This document shows, piece after piece, positions 33,052 through 45,077 of a stretch of 64,000 nt of DNA. Source of the DNA: an uncultured Lentimicrobiaceae bacterium (GTDB lineage Bacteria; Bacteroidota; Bacteroidia; Bacteroidales; F082); assembly GCA_964549335.1 (NCBI GenBank), contig CAZJUQ010000054.1, forward strand, positions 53,663 through 117,662, in the 5' to 3' direction. Each line of letters opens with the position of its first letter. Position 1 is the stretch's first letter. Made by a program: the position numbers and the translations under genes. Below the pieces are notes generated by a model. That model saw only the letters and a list, made by a program, of their open reading frames with translations, was not told the origin of the DNA and ran no database searches.

Positions 33052-35943
33052 ATGGTTAACAACGGTTTTACAAAGCGTCATATAGGACCTTCGGAAGCAG
33101 ATATCAAAGTAATGCTGCAACGTATGGGTTTAAGCTCTGCGGATGAATTGATAGACGAGACCATTCCCCCTAAAATACGCCTTAAAAACGAATTGGATTT
33201 GGAAGAGGGCATGGACGAATATCAATATTTACAACACATTAAACGTATTGCTGCCGGCAACAAGATATTCAAGTCGTACATAGGCTTGGGCTACTACAAC
33301 ACCATAGTGCCGCCGGTAATTCTGCGCAATGTATTTGAAAATCCGGGCTGGTACACCTCATATACACCATATCAGGCCGAAATATCGCAAGGACGTCTTG
33401 AAGCCCTGCTCAATTTCCAGACAATGGTATCCGGTCTAACGGGTTTACCTCTTGCCAACTCCTCGTTACTTGACGAAGGTACCGCCGCCGCCGAAGCCAT
33501 GTTGATGTTTTACAATTCGCGCTCCCGTGCCAAAGTAAAAGCAGAAGCCAACGTTTTTTTGGTGTCAAAAGATATGTTCCCCCAAACGTTGGAAGTTTTA
33601 AAAACCCGTGCCGGAAGCCGGGGTATAAAACTCGTTATAAAAGAGCATACAGACTTTGAAACGGACAACGGAAAAATATTCGGATGCATGGTTCAATACC
33701 CCGACCAAAAGGGAGAGATTAACGACTTTTCGGGATTGATTTCGCAAATGAAAGAGGCGGATATCCCCGTTGCCGTTGCCGCCGACCTGATGAGCCTCGT
33801 ATTGCTCACCCCTCCCGGCGAGTGGGGTGCCGATGTTGTATTCGGTTCGTCGCAACGTTTCGGCGTGCCATTGGGATACGGCGGTCCTCATGCCGCCTAT
33901 TTCGCCGCTTCCGAAAAATATAAACGGCAAATACCGGGACGTATTATAGGTATTTCGAAAGACAGTAACGGAAAACCGGCTCTGAGAATGGCACTGCAAA
34001 CCCGCGAACAGCACATAAAACGCGAAAAAGCAACATCCAACATTTGTACCGCTCAAGCCCTCCTCGCCATTATGGCCGGATTTTATGCGGTATATCACGG
34101 CAAAGAGGGACTGGTAAAAATAGCATCTTCCATTCATAAAAATACAGCTATTCTTGCCGGCAACCTGGAAAAATCGGGATTCGAAATTCTAAACAAACAC
34201 TTCTTCGATACTTTGACCATAAAACTGCCTAACTCAATAAACTCAAATACAATAAGGGAAAATGCCCAAAAACAGGAGATAAATTTCCGCTATTTCGACA
34301 ATACTCACATCGGTATAAGCATCGACGAAACCACTACCCTCGAAGATGTAAAAACCATTGTAAAAATATTTAATGATGCTGCAAATACCGGCAACACTTT
34401 TGACGACAGTTACAACAACAGCGCAATACCCGTAAAATTAAAACGCACATCTACGTTTCTGGAACATGAAGTATTTAAAAAACACCGTTCCGAAACTTCC
34501 ATGATGAGATATTTAAAAGCCCTGGAAAACAAAGACCTGGCTCTAAACCGCAGCATGATACCTTTGGGAAGTTGCACCATGAAACTGAATGCCGTTACCG
34601 AAATGATGCCAATCAGCTGGACGGAATTTACCGACATTCATCCCTTTGTACCTAAAGAGCAGGCAAAAGGTTATCATTATGTAATTAAAGAGATGGAGCA
34701 CATTTTGTGCGAAATCACAGGTTTTTCTGCAATGTCGTTTATGCCCAACTCGGGAGCGGCAGGCGAATATACCGGCTTGATGGTGATACGTGCCTATCTC
34801 AAAAACCGTGGCGAGGACAACCGCAATGTTTGTCTTATTCCTTCGTCGGCACACGGCACAAACCCGGCAAGCTCGGTAATGGCCGGCTTTAAGGTGGTGG
34901 TTGTTAAAAGCGATGAAAACGGCAACATAGATATTGACGATTTGCGCGAAAAAGCGGAACTTCACAAAGACGATTTGGCTGTACTTATGGTTACTTATCC
35001 CTCCACTCACGGCGTTTTCGAAGAGGGTATCACCGAAATTGTTGACATCATTCATTCGCACGGCGGACTTGTTTATATGGACGGGGCCAACATGAATGCC
35101 CAGGTAGGATATACAAATCCCGGTTTTATTGGCGCCGACGTATGCCACCTTAACCTGCACAAAACATTCGGAATACCTCACGGAGGAGGAGGCCCCGGTG
35201 TAGGCCCAATAGGTGTTGCCGAACACCTAAAACCGTTCCTTCCCTCCCATATTTTCGTCGAAACAGGAGGCGAGCAAGGAATAGGCGCAGTATCGTCAGC
35301 ACCATTCGGTAGCGCTTTGGTACTTCTCATCTCATACGGTTATTTGAAACTCCTGGGAAAATCGGGATTGAAAGAGGCTACAAAAATGGCTATCTTCAAC
35401 GCCAATTATCTTACTCATCAACTTAAAGATAGTTATCCCATTCTCTATACCGGCAAAAACGGTCGCGTTGGACATGAAATGATACTCGACTGTAACGCTT
35501 TTGCAAAAACGGCGGGAATACAGGTAATAGACATTGCCAAAAGGTTAATGGATTTCGGCTTTCATGCTCCTACGGTGGCATTTCCCGTGCACGGAACATT
35601 AATGGTGGAACCCACCGAAAGTGAACCTCTCGAAGAACTCGATAAATTTGTGGAGGCAATGAAAACCATTCGCGATGAAATTGCGGAAGTGGAAAACGGT
35701 ACCGTCGAAATGCACAACAATGTAGTATGCAACGCTCCACATACCGCCGAAATGGTAATATCGGATGAATTTCCTTTTCCCTATACACGCCAAAAAGCGG
35801 CTTTCCCGTTGGAATGGGTAAAAGAGAACAAATATTTTACACCCGTGGCAAAGATAGACGACGCTTTCGGCGACCGTAACCTTTGCCCGTGTCTGCCTGT
35901 GGAAGAGTACGACAAACCGGTGGTGGATGTAAAAAGCATTTAG
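33052..35943 (+). CDS. gcvP: glycine dehydrogenase (decarboxylating), single-chain P protein
   Basis: 963 aa. FTKRHIGPSEADIKVML..., YTPYQAEISQGRLEALLNFQTM, PLGSCTMKLNA, NLHKTFGIPHGGGGPG (PLP Lys). Confidence 0.97.
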   Translation: MVNNGFTKRHIGPSEADIKVMLQRMGLSSADELIDETIPPKIRLKNELDLEEGMDEYQYLQHIKRIAAGNKIFKSYIGLGYYNTIVPPVILRNVFENPGWYTSYTPYQAEISQGRLEALLNFQTMVSGLTGLPLANSSLLDEGTAAAEAMLMFYNSRSRAKVKAEANVFLVSKDMFPQTLEVLKTRAGSRGIKLVIKEHTDFETDNGKIFGCMVQYPDQKGEINDFSGLISQMKEADIPVAVAADLMSLVLLTPPGEWGADVVFGSSQRFGVPLGYGGPHAAYFAASEKYKRQIPGRIIGISKDSNGKPALRMALQTREQHIKREKATSNICTAQALLAIMAGFYAVYHGKEGLVKIASSIHKNTAILAGNLEKSGFEILNKHFFDTLTIKLPNSINSNTIRENAQKQEINFRYFDNTHIGISIDETTTLEDVKTIVKIFNDAANTGNTFDDSYNNSAIPVKLKRTSTFLEHEVFKKHRSETSMMRYLKALENKDLALNRSMIPLGSCTMKLNAVTEMMPISWTEFTDIHPFVPKEQAKGYHYVIKEMEHILCEITGFSAMSFMPNSGAAGEYTGLMVIRAYLKNRGEDNRNVCLIPSSAHGTNPASSVMAGFKVVVVKSDENGNIDIDDLREKAELHKDDLAVLMVTYPSTHGVFEEGITEIVDIIHSHGGLVYMDGANMNAQVGYTNPGFIGADVCHLNLHKTFGIPHGGGGPGVGPIGVAEHLKPFLPSHIFVETGGEQGIGAVSSAPFGSALVLLISYGYLKLLGKSGLKEATKMAIFNANYLTHQLKDSYPILYTGKNGRVGHEMILDCNAFAKTAGIQVIDIAKRLMDFGFHAPTVAFPVHGTLMVEPTESEPLEELDKFVEAMKTIRDEIAEVENGTVEMHNNVVCNAPHTAEMVISDEFPFPYTRQKAAFPLEWVKENKYFTPVAKIDDAFGDRNLCPCLPVEEYDKPVVDVKSI

Positions 35944-35967
35944 TTAACATCAATAAAAATCTTTTGT

Positions 35968-38025
35968 ATGATAACAAAACAGTTGACACACCCCCACAGC
36001 ATTGTTGTTGTCGGCGGTTCGAACGACATTCATAAACCCGGCGGAAAAGTTCTTAAAAACTTAATAGACGGTGGTTTTCAAGGCGATTTGTATGTAATGA
36101 ACCCCAAAGAGGATGAAGTACAGGGAATAAAAAGCTATAAAAACCCGGATGAAATGCCGGATGTTGACTTGGCAATATTGGCAATAGCAGCCAAATATAC
36201 CCCCGACACGGTCGAATATTTATCGAAAAACAAAAACACACGGGCTTTCATTGTCCTTTCGGCGGGTTTCAGCGAAGAGAGCAGCGAAGGCAAGGTGCTC
36301 GAAGATAAACTTGTGGAAATTGTCAACGGCGTAAACGGATCGTTAATAGGTCCCAACTGTATCGGTGTTTTGACGCCACAATATCATGGCGTTTTTACAA
36401 TGCCCATTCCCGAACTCGACCCCAAAGGGTGCGATTTTATCAGCGGATCGGGAGCAACGGCATGCTTTATCATGGAAGCAGGAATCCCCAAAGGACTACG
36501 TTTTAACAACGTCTATTCGGTGGGCAACTCAGCACAAATGGGAGTTGAAGAGGTATTGAAACATATGGATGAGAATTTCGACCCCGTAACCGACTCGCAT
36601 GTAAAACTACTCTATCTCGAAAAAATCGACAAACCTGATTTACTTCTCAAACATGCATCGTCGCTGATAAGAAAAGGGTGCAGAATAGCAGCCGTAAAAG
36701 CAGGCTCGTCGGAAGCCGGAAGCCGTGCTGCAAGTTCGCATACCGGAGCTTTGGCAAGCAGCGATGCCGCCGTGGATGCCCTCTTCAGAAAAGCGGGAAT
36801 AGTACGCTGTTACGGTCGCGAAGATTTGATAAGCGTAGCTTCGGTATTCATGCACCCCGAACTCAAAGGGAAAAACATAGCAGTAATAACTCATGCCGGA
36901 GGACCGGCTGTAATGCTTACCGACACACTATCGGAGGGCGGACTTGCGGTACCGGCAATAAAAGGTGCCGCCGCCGTCGAACTTAAAGAGAAGTTGTTCC
37001 CCGGCTCGTCGGTGGCAAACCCGATAGATTTCCTCGCCACGGGAACAGCTGAACAACTTGGAATAATAATAGATACGGTAAATGAAAAATTCGACAACAT
37101 CGATGCAATGGTTGTCATTTTCGGCACACCGGGACTGTTCGAAATTTTCGATGTTTACGAACTGCTCGACAATAAGATGAAATCGAGTAAAAAACCCATA
37201 TTTCCCGTCTTACCTTCAATTTTAACGGCAAAAAGAGAGGTTGAATATTTTGTAAACAAAGGCCGTGTTTATTTCCCCGACGAAGTACTGCTTGGCAAAG
37301 CATTGGCAAGAGTTTACAACACCCCAGCACCGGCACCATTAAATCCGGCATTGCCCGAAACGGATAAAAATAAAATAAGAGAGATAATCGAAAAGGCAGA
37401 AAACGGATATCTTAACCCCGCAACAGTAGGACAACTGCTTGACGCAGCGGGAATAAACCGCGTGAAAGAGTTTGTGGCGGCGGATGAAACAGAATTGACA
37501 AAAGCGGCACGGAATACAGGATACCCCTTGGTAATGAAAGTTGTAGGACCCGTTCACAAATCGGATGTGGGAGGTGTTGTGTTGAATATTGATAACGACG
37601 ACACCTTATTAAAAGAGTTCAAAAGGATGATGAAAATAAAGGGGGCTACCGGTGTGCTTTTACAACCTATGCTTAGCGGAATTGAACTTTTTGCGGGATT
37701 GAAACGCGAAGACAAATTCGGACATATGATACTTTTCGGACTGGGAGGAATATTTATAGAAGTGTTAAAAGATGTCAGAACCATGTTGGTACCCGTTACC
37801 AAAGAGGATGTTCTGGAACAGCTTCCCAAACTGAAAAGTTATAAAATATTGGAGGGAGTCAGAGGACAAAAAGGCATTGACAAAAACAAATTTGCAGATA
37901 TTGTAAGCAGACTTTCGGCACTGGCAGCGGCATGTCCCGAAATTGCGGAAGCCGATTTGAATCCGCTTCTCGGAAACGAAAAAGGTATTACCGTGGTGGA
38001 TGCAAGAATAAGAATTGAAAAATAA
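35968..38025 (+). CDS. ADP-forming acetyl-CoA synthetase family protein (CoA-binding + succinyl-CoA-ligase-like + ATP-grasp)
   Basis: PHSIVVVGGSNDIHKPGGKV (CoA-binding), GPNCIGV, HTGALASSD (phospho-His loop), and a C-terminal ATP-grasp segment (YPLVMKVVGPVHKSDVGGV). Confidence 0.88.
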   Translation: MITKQLTHPHSIVVVGGSNDIHKPGGKVLKNLIDGGFQGDLYVMNPKEDEVQGIKSYKNPDEMPDVDLAILAIAAKYTPDTVEYLSKNKNTRAFIVLSAGFSEESSEGKVLEDKLVEIVNGVNGSLIGPNCIGVLTPQYHGVFTMPIPELDPKGCDFISGSGATACFIMEAGIPKGLRFNNVYSVGNSAQMGVEEVLKHMDENFDPVTDSHVKLLYLEKIDKPDLLLKHASSLIRKGCRIAAVKAGSSEAGSRAASSHTGALASSDAAVDALFRKAGIVRCYGREDLISVASVFMHPELKGKNIAVITHAGGPAVMLTDTLSEGGLAVPAIKGAAAVELKEKLFPGSSVANPIDFLATGTAEQLGIIIDTVNEKFDNIDAMVVIFGTPGLFEIFDVYELLDNKMKSSKKPIFPVLPSILTAKREVEYFVNKGRVYFPDEVLLGKALARVYNTPAPAPLNPALPETDKNKIREIIEKAENGYLNPATVGQLLDAAGINRVKEFVAADETELTKAARNTGYPLVMKVVGPVHKSDVGGVVLNIDNDDTLLKEFKRMMKIKGATGVLLQPMLSGIELFAGLKREDKFGHMILFGLGGIFIEVLKDVRTMLVPVTKEDVLEQLPKLKSYKILEGVRGQKGIDKNKFADIVSRLSALAAACPEIAEADLNPLLGNEKGITVVDARIRIEK

Positions 38026-38089
38026 ATCTCTTGAAGGCAATATGCCGGTTTCTCTTTTCAAAGGCTGATAGTGTCCGTTGTAAAAATAT

Positions 38090-38668
38090 TCAGAGCGGCG
38101 AATTATCCTGAAACAGTATCTTTAAAAAAGCCGCAATCTCCCGGAGATTGAGTATTTTGTGCGGCCTGACAAGTTTTATTGCCGATGAAGGCATAGCCGC
38201 ACTTTCCGCTTCGTCGGGGTTTTGTACTATGGTAAACCCTCCCCTATCTTTTATTGTTTTCAAACCTTGTGCGCCGTCGGAATTGGCTCCCGTTAACACG
38301 ATACCCACAAGTTGCTTTCCATAAGCAAGCGCCGCAGTTTCGAAAGTAACATCGATACTCGGACGCGAATAGTTGACCTTTTCTTCCACCGACAACGACA
38401 GAGTAAAATCCTCCTCTATCAACAAATGATAATTGGGCGGGGCAACATATGCCACTCCCGGTTTAATTACCTCTTTTTCGTCGGCCTCTTTTACCCTTAT
38501 GCCGGAAATATTATCCAAAAATTTAGCCATATAGCTTTCGGACGAAGGACTTATATGCTGAATAATAAAAACAGCGGCAGGAAAATCTGCCGGCAATTGC
38601 GGAAGTATTGTTTTCAGAGCATTGATTCCTCCCGCCGACGAGCCTATTGCCACTGCTTTGTACGGCAT
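38090..38668 (-). CDS. cheB: CheB-type protein-glutamate methylesterase, catalytic domain only (no receiver)
   Basis: 192 aa. AIGSSAGGINAL (Ser), FIIQHISPS (His) and TGANSDGAQG (Asp) correspond to the CheB catalytic triad regions. Starts 1 nt after the cheR stop. Confidence 0.88.
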   Translation of the reverse strand: MPYKAVAIGSSAGGINALKTILPQLPADFPAAVFIIQHISPSSESYMAKFLDNISGIRVKEADEKEVIKPGVAYVAPPNYHLLIEEDFTLSLSVEEKVNYSRPSIDVTFETAALAYGKQLVGIVLTGANSDGAQGLKTIKDRGGFTIVQNPDEAESAAMPSSAIKLVRPHKILNLREIAAFLKILFQDNSPL

Positions 38669-38669
38669 T

Positions 38670-39506
38670 TTACTTTATTCTCTTTTTGTAAATCTTTTGT
38701 TTTTCGCTGATGCTTTCGTAATTGGAGCCAATATCCGAAAACATAATTGTCTCTTTGCTTCCCAGCCCCAAAAATCCGCCTTTAACAAGACTTTCGTCGA
38801 AAAGTTTCAAAACCTTGTTTTGTAATTTACGATTAAAATATATTAAGACATTACGGCAAATAATCATGTTAACCTCTGCAAACACACTGTCGGAAACCAA
38901 ATTGTGTTCGGCAAAAACAATATTCGACTTTAATGATTGATCAAGGATTACCGAGTCGTATTTTGCCATGTAATAATCCGAAAACGAGTTTTTACCTCCG
39001 GCCTTTTGATAATTTACCGTATAGTTTTTGATATTTTCAATAGGATATATTCCCTTTTTAGCCGTTTCGATAACGCTACGGTTAAAATCGGTAGCATAAA
39101 TCTGGGTACGGTCGTAAAGTCCTTCTTCTTTAAGCATTACGGCAAAAGAGTAAACCTCTTCGCCGGTGGAACAACCGGCATGCCATATCTTAATGTAGGG
39201 ATATGTTTTCAGCACGGGAATAACTTCGGTGCGCACGGTTTTGTAAAAATCGGGGTCGCGGAACATCTCCGTAACGTTAATGGAGAGGTCTTTTATAAGT
39301 TTTTCGAAACACTTTTTATCGTACAATATTCTCCCCTGGATTTCCGACACCGAACCGGCTCCCGAATCCACAAGACGGTGCAAAATACGGCGTTTTACGT
39401 GTGCCCTGCTGTAATCGCGGAAATCGTATCCGTATTTCCTGTAAATAGCTTCCAAAAGAAGCTCTATCTCAATATTTTGTGTATCGTTATCGTCGTACGC
39501 TATCAT
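38670..39506 (-). CDS. cheR: CheR-type protein-glutamate O-methyltransferase
   Basis: N-terminal helical domain ([26 protein letters not shown]), [32 protein letters not shown]-binding motif. ATGA overlap with the upstream kinase. Confidence 0.9.
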   Translation of the reverse strand: MIAYDDNDTQNIEIELLLEAIYRKYGYDFRDYSRAHVKRRILHRLVDSGAGSVSEIQGRILYDKKCFEKLIKDLSINVTEMFRDPDFYKTVRTEVIPVLKTYPYIKIWHAGCSTGEEVYSFAVMLKEEGLYDRTQIYATDFNRSVIETAKKGIYPIENIKNYTVNYQKAGGKNSFSDYYMAKYDSVILDQSLKSNIVFAEHNLVSDSVFAEVNMIICRNVLIYFNRKLQNKVLKLFDESLVKGGFLGLGSKETIMFSDIGSNYESISEKQKIYKKRIK

Positions 39507-41119
39507 TGTTTTATACTTTGTTCCTTGTTAGAAATATCCCCGAACAGTTTTTTCAAATCGTCCGATTTGAAAGGTTTGCTGACATAATAATCCATACCTG
39601 CGGCAAAACAGCGTTCGCGGTCCTCCTTGAAGGCATTTGCCGTTACGGCAACAATAACGGGTTCTTTTCCGGTTTTGTTATTTTCGTAATACTTCCGTAA
39701 TTTCCTTGTTGCTTCCAGCCCGTCCATTTCGGGCATATGAACATCCATCAAAATTACATCATAATTATTTTTAAGTTGCATTTCCACTGCTATTTTGCCG
39801 TTTTCGGCAATGTCGGTATCAATACCGAAAGATTTCAAAACCATTTTACCCACCTTTTGATTTATGGTATTATCTTCGGCAAGCAGCACTTTGAATTTTG
39901 TAAAATCGTAAAACGGTTTCCCGCTCTCCTGTTTTTTGGAGGTACCAACGGGTTCCGACTCCAAGGCTTTTATTGTAAACCAAAAATCGGAGCCCTTACC
40001 GGGTTTGCTTTCAACACCTATTTCGCCGCCGAGCATTTTCGACAATTTTTTGCTTATTGCCAAACCCAATCCCGTTCCGCCGTATTTTCGCGTAGTAGAT
40101 ATATCGGCCTGGGTAAACTCTTTAAATATATTTTCCTGTTTATCTTCGGGTATTCCTATACCCGTATCTATAACCTCAAATTTTATTACATGTCTGTTTT
40201 GTTGTTTTTGTACCGACCTCACCCTTATTGTTACCCCGCCGTTTTCAGTAAACTTTATAGCATTGTTGGTAAGGTTTATTAATATCTGATTTATTCTGAG
40301 CGAATCGCTGACAATAAATTCGGGAACATTTTCGTCTATTTCGGTTTTTAGATAAATACCTTTGTTTTCGGCTTTGAATTTCAACAAATTATAAACGGTA
40401 TCAAGTTGTTGATATAAATTAAAAGGTAATTCTTCAATTTCAATCTGTCCCGCTTCAATTTTCGAAAAATCAAGAATATCATTAATTATGGAAAGTAAAT
40501 TTTCGCCCGAAACACGGATAATTTCAAGGTTTTTTCTTTGGTCTTCGGTCAGGTCCGACTGTTCCAGCACTTCTGTCATTCCTATAATTCCGTTTAACGG
40601 GGTTCTTATTTCGTGACTCATATTTGCAAGAAACATCGATTTGGTATATGTAGCATATTCGGCTTTCTCTTTTGCTTCGCGCAACTCTTTATTCATTTTT
40701 TCTTTTTCGTCAAGCAGTTGTCTCAGCTGTTCCGACTGATTGTACAGGTCGAGAAAGACTTTAACTTTTCCTTGTAATATTTCGGGTTTTATAGGTTTCG
40801 AAATAAAATCGACGGCACCGCTTTCGATTCCTTTGACGACATAAAATTCGTCGGAATATATTGCCGACACAAATATTACGGGAAGATATTTTGTTTTGTC
40901 GTACATACGAAGCAACTCCACCGTCTCGTATCCGTCCATATCGGGCATTTGGACATCAATAATCGCCAGGGCAAAATCGTGGTGCAAAGTTTGCTTCAGA
41001 GCTTCGTTTCCCGAAAGCGCCCTCACAAATTCCACATCGAAATCTTGCAGCACCTTTTCCAAACTGATAAGATTCTCAAGGCGGTCGTCAACAATAAGTA
41101 TTTTGGGTTTTGTATTCAT
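39503..41119 (-). CDS. hybrid histidine kinase: REC - coiled coil - HisKA - HATPase - REC
   Basis: [13 protein letters not shown]; H-box [10 protein letters not shown]; [12 protein letters not shown]; C-terminal [16 protein letters not shown]. The ORF track starts at a TTG (41146); ATG 41119 gives [12 protein letters not shown]. Confidence 0.9.
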   Translation of the reverse strand: MNTKPKILIVDDRLENLISLEKVLQDFDVEFVRALSGNEALKQTLHHDFALAIIDVQMPDMDGYETVELLRMYDKTKYLPVIFVSAIYSDEFYVVKGIESGAVDFISKPIKPEILQGKVKVFLDLYNQSEQLRQLLDEKEKMNKELREAKEKAEYATYTKSMFLANMSHEIRTPLNGIIGMTEVLEQSDLTEDQRKNLEIIRVSGENLLSIINDILDFSKIEAGQIEIEELPFNLYQQLDTVYNLLKFKAENKGIYLKTEIDENVPEFIVSDSLRINQILINLTNNAIKFTENGGVTIRVRSVQKQQNRHVIKFEVIDTGIGIPEDKQENIFKEFTQADISTTRKYGGTGLGLAISKKLSKMLGGEIGVESKPGKGSDFWFTIKALESEPVGTSKKQESGKPFYDFTKFKVLLAEDNTINQKVGKMVLKSFGIDTDIAENGKIAVEMQLKNNYDVILMDVHMPEMDGLEATRKLRKYYENNKTGKEPVIVAVTANAFKEDRERCFAAGMDYYVSKPFKSDDLKKLFGDISNKEQSIKQ

Positions 41120-41130
41120 ACTGTTATTTG

Positions 41131-44100
41131 TTATTTGTATAACCAAACACGAATAAGCGAAATCATTTTATCAACATCGACGGGTTTTGTAAGATAATCA
41201 CTGGCACCCGACTTTAAAGCTTTTTCTTTATCTTCTTTCATAGCTTTGGCGGTAAGTATTATTACGGGCAAGTCTTTGTGTTTTTCGCTTTGACGGATTT
41301 TTTGCGTGGCGGTATATCCATCCATTTCGGGCATCATCACATCCATAAGCACCAGGTCTATATCTTCCACCTCTTCAAGCCGTTGGAGCGCCGTAACACC
41401 GTTATCGGCTTGTACCACCTCAAAACCGTGTTCCGATAAAATATGCGTCAGGGCAAATACATTTCGCATATCGTCATCAACCAAAAGGATTTTTTTGTCT
41501 TTAAAAAGTGTGTCTCCGTCGTGCAGGTCTTTTATCATTTTTTTCTTTTCGTCATCCATTTTATCCACCACTTGATGCAAAAAGAGTGCGGTTTCGTCAA
41601 GGAGCCGTTCGTCGGATTTTTCGCCTTTAATAATTACCGTACTTACATATTTTTCCAACTCTTGCGTCTCTTCTTTCGACAAGCTTCGGCCGGTATAAAC
41701 AATAACGGGAGGGATTTTTTTGTCGGTAAGGTTCTCGCGGTGAAGTTTTTTTATCAATTCGAATCCCGAAATATCGTTAATTCCAAGATCGAGGATAACA
41801 CAATCGAAATTTTTACTAAGTATTAGGTCGTAAGCATTGTTACCCGAAGTGGTTGTCGATATTTCAACACCGGGCGACTCCAATATTTTTTCAAGGGCTT
41901 TTGTTGTATTTGCATCGTCCTCGACAATAAGCAACTCTTTTACCTCTTTGTTAATGTAACTTTTAATATTTTTCATCACACCGTCAAGCTGTTCGTTAGT
42001 TACGGGTTTGCTTAAAATTCCGAATATGCATTTTTCGTTATGAAAGTCCGAAATATCGGTAGCGGACAAAACTTGAACCGGAATATGGCGCAACGAGGGG
42101 TTTTCCTTGATTATTTTAAGGAATTTATTGCCGTTCATTCCCGGCAGGTTCAAATCGAGTGTAATGGCATCGGGTTTATATTTTTCGGCCAAAATCAACC
42201 CCTGCTCGGCGGTTTGCGACACAATTCCTTTAAAATTGTACTTATGACTTTCGTTTAACAAAATTTTTGCAAACTGGGGGTCGTCTTCAATTATCAATAG
42301 CACATTGTCGAGGTCTGAAATATTGTCTCTGTCGTCGGGAATAAAGGGAGGTATCGAATCGGTCGATTCAGGTTCCGTGGCCGGTTTTGTTCCGGCGGGA
42401 GCGGCTGTAACGGTTTCGGATTGTTTTTCAACTTGCTTTTCACCGGGTTGCGACTGTTTAGGAGCGGTCTGTTTTGATTTCTCTTGGTTGTTTGATATGG
42501 AGACAGGGATACAAACGGTAAATGTCGAGCCCTTTCCGTATTCGCTTTTCAGGCTGATGCTTCCTCCCAGTTTACCTGCCAACTGTTTTGATATGGAGAG
42601 ACCCAATCCCGTGCCTCCGAATTTACGAGAAATACTGCCGTCGGCTTGTTGAAAAGCTTCGAAAATTGCCTGCTGTTTCTCTTCGGGGATACCTATTCCC
42701 GTATCCACCACATCTATGCAAATCGAATCGCCGGTGTACCCCTTAACCTTTGCAGGGTCGTTATTTTTGCGAAAACGGACGGTAACGCCTCCTTTTTGGG
42801 TAAATTTCAAAGCATTTGAGACAAGGTTTTTAAGAATTTGGTCGAGGCGTTGCCTGTCGGTAAAAAGGTTGTCGGACAGTTGGCCGTCAATTTCGGTTTT
42901 AAAATAGATACCTTTCTCACCGGCTACTTTTTCAAAAATATTTTTCAAACCCGACACAATAGCGGAAATACCGGTTTTGTCGGGATTAATCTGCATTTTT
43001 CCCGATTCTATTTTCGAGAGGTCGAGGATGTCGTTTATCAAATTGAGCAAATCTTTACCTGCATTGTAAATTATTTTTGCCGATTCTATCTGCTCGGCAG
43101 TAAGGTTACCTTTTTTGTTGTTGGTTAAATCTCTTGAGAGGATAAGCATTGAATTCAGCGGAGTTCTAAGCTCGTGTGACATATTTGCAAGAAATTCCGA
43201 TTTGTATTTACTTGCCTGTTCAAGTTCGCGGGCTTTTTGTTCCAGCTCTTTTTGCATTTTTTGCAACACGGCATTTTTCTCCATTATCTCTTTGCGTTGC
43301 ATTTCGAGGTCGTGTGTACGCTCTTCAAGTTCTTCGTTTGATACTTTAAGTTCTTCTTGCTGTTCCTGCAGCCGTTTTTCGTTTTCGCGCAACATTTCGG
43401 TTTGTTCTTCGAGTTCGGCATTGGCGGCGCGGAGTTCTTCCTGCTGTGTTTCGAGTTCTTCGGCTTGCTGCTGTGTTCGTTGCAAAAGGAGTGCTATTTT
43501 TTGGCGCGAGTCGGCAATTTGCAAGGCAGTGGCAAGCGGGGTGGATACCTGATTAAGCAACTCAACAAAAACTTTATCCACATCGTTTTGGGTGGCAATT
43601 TCCAAAATACCTACAGGCTCTTTATCGCCGGCAAACAGAGGCATAATAACGGCGGTTTTCGTAAAAAACTCTCCCGATGCCGAAAAAACCTTAAAGCCCT
43701 TTTCGGAAGCTTGCGAAACAATGGAGATTTTTTTATCAGCCCAAACCTGTCCTGTGAGCCCGTCACCTTTTTTTATTTCGGAGGGAATCAGATTTTCGTT
43801 AAGACCGTTTTTTGCAATCAGTTTCATTCTGTCGTTTTCTCTATAGAAAATGGCTCCTGCAAGGCTTCCCGTATATTCAATCAAAAACGAAAGAGCCTTG
43901 TTTCCCATCTGTCCGGGGTCTAAATCGCTGTTGAGGATTTTGTTGATTCTTGCCAACCCGTCGCGCAACCAGTTGTCGGTTTTTATCTTTTTTTCGTTCT
44001 TTTCGAGACTCTCGGCCATTTTGTTAAGAGCAACGGAGATTTCATCTTTTTCAGAACGCGGTTGTATCCTTGCCGAGTAATTTCCCGAAGCTATCGCTTG

Positions 44101-44964
44101 TGCATGTTTTAAAAAGCCTTGGAGATTTTTTTGTATGCTGTTGAACGACCTGATAAGCATTCCTATTTCATCTTTCGAATGGGGTTTTATGTCAATATTC
44201 AGATTGCCAAGCTCTATCTCTTTGAAATTTTTAACAAGTTTGGAAACCGGTTTTGAAATTGTGTTTGAAATTTTCAGTACAATGAAGTAGTTTATGATTA
44301 TCAAACTCAAAATAATAAAAAGGTTAAAGTAGCTTAGAATTTTTGTAATGAAATTGTTGATGTCGTTTATTTGAGATGCCAGACTATTGTAAAACAGCAT
44401 GATTTCACCGGAAGTATTTTGTATCTCTTCAAGTATTTCCTCATTTCCCGTCCGTTTATACATTTTTATTTTCGACAAAACATTTTCGCCCGTAACTAAT
44501 CCCGACTTGGTAATGTTAAACATTTTTTCAATACGGCTGAAGTGAAATTTGTAGAGATAATATATCCGGTTTGTTATCAGTTCTATTCTGCTTTGGTTGT
44601 ATTGTTTTCCGTAATACCGGGCAAACAGATTCAACATTGTGGTTTTATTATGATTTTTCACAATGCTGTCAACAATTGTCAAAGGATACAATGCCTTGTT
44701 TGCTTTTTCTATTTCGTTTACCGATTTTTCGTAAAACGAATCTTTATCGGTATTCAAATAAATTTGAAAATATTCCAATCCCCGGTTATAGTGCAAAGTA
44801 TGATAGCGTTCTATATCAATGATTGTATTAAACACCCCGATGGTACGGTAAATGAAATTTGAGACGAAAAGCAACAGCAACAGGTTGAAAATGACGGTAA
44901 GTTCGGCTACAATAAGTTTGTTTTTTATACCCAAATTATAGAACCAATTTTTGATTTTTCTCAT
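41131..44964 (-). CDS. large hybrid sensor kinase: TM - helical sensor - TM - HAMP x2 - GAF - 102-aa E/Q coiled coil - HisKA - HATPase - REC x3
   Basis: Two TM segments flank ~190 aa. HAMP-like [19 protein letters not shown]... and [26 protein letters not shown]-like ...[10 protein letters not shown]-box [10 protein letters not shown]; [12 protein letters not shown]. RECs: [37 protein letters not shown]. Confidence 0.9.
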   Translation of the reverse strand: MRKIKNWFYNLGIKNKLIVAELTVIFNLLLLLFVSNFIYRTIGVFNTIIDIERYHTLHYNRGLEYFQIYLNTDKDSFYEKSVNEIEKANKALYPLTIVDSIVKNHNKTTMLNLFARYYGKQYNQSRIELITNRIYYLYKFHFSRIEKMFNITKSGLVTGENVLSKIKMYKRTGNEEILEEIQNTSGEIMLFYNSLASQINDINNFITKILSYFNLFIILSLIIINYFIVLKISNTISKPVSKLVKNFKEIELGNLNIDIKPHSKDEIGMLIRSFNSIQKNLQGFLKHAQAIASGNYSARIQPRSEKDEISVALNKMAESLEKNEKKIKTDNWLRDGLARINKILNSDLDPGQMGNKALSFLIEYTGSLAGAIFYRENDRMKLIAKNGLNENLIPSEIKKGDGLTGQVWADKKISIVSQASEKGFKVFSASGEFFTKTAVIMPLFAGDKEPVGILEIATQNDVDKVFVELLNQVSTPLATALQIADSRQKIALLLQRTQQQAEELETQQEELRAANAELEEQTEMLRENEKRLQEQQEELKVSNEELEERTHDLEMQRKEIMEKNAVLQKMQKELEQKARELEQASKYKSEFLANMSHELRTPLNSMLILSRDLTNNKKGNLTAEQIESAKIIYNAGKDLLNLINDILDLSKIESGKMQINPDKTGISAIVSGLKNIFEKVAGEKGIYFKTEIDGQLSDNLFTDRQRLDQILKNLVSNALKFTQKGGVTVRFRKNNDPAKVKGYTGDSICIDVVDTGIGIPEEKQQAIFEAFQQADGSISRKFGGTGLGLSISKQLAGKLGGSISLKSEYGKGSTFTVCIPVSISNNQEKSKQTAPKQSQPGEKQVEKQSETVTAAPAGTKPATEPESTDSIPPFIPDDRDNISDLDNVLLIIEDDPQFAKILLNESHKYNFKGIVSQTAEQGLILAEKYKPDAITLDLNLPGMNGNKFLKIIKENPSLRHIPVQVLSATDISDFHNEKCIFGILSKPVTNEQLDGVMKNIKSYINKEVKELLIVEDDANTTKALEKILESPGVEISTTTSGNNAYDLILSKNFDCVILDLGINDISGFELIKKLHRENLTDKKIPPVIVYTGRSLSKEETQELEKYVSTVIIKGEKSDERLLDETALFLHQVVDKMDDEKKKMIKDLHDGDTLFKDKKILLVDDDMRNVFALTHILSEHGFEVVQADNGVTALQRLEEVEDIDLVLMDVMMPEMDGYTATQKIRQSEKHKDLPVIILTAKAMKEDKEKALKSGASDYLTKPVDVDKMISLIRVWLYK

Positions 44965-45077
44965 AACAATATTTTTTTTGCAATTTCATTTTGCAAAACG
45001 CAAACGGCATTACTAAAATACTCTTACGTAAAAAAGGCAAATTGGTTTCTGAAATAAAAAAAAACGGGATAAAATCA

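Noticed and set aside
38090-39506. Interpreting cheB/cheR as part of a flagellar chemotaxis operon
   Set aside because: No cheA, cheW, cheY, MCP or flagellar genes are adjacent, CheB lacks its receiver, and the lineage looks like Bacteroidota. Treated as a non-canonical system instead.
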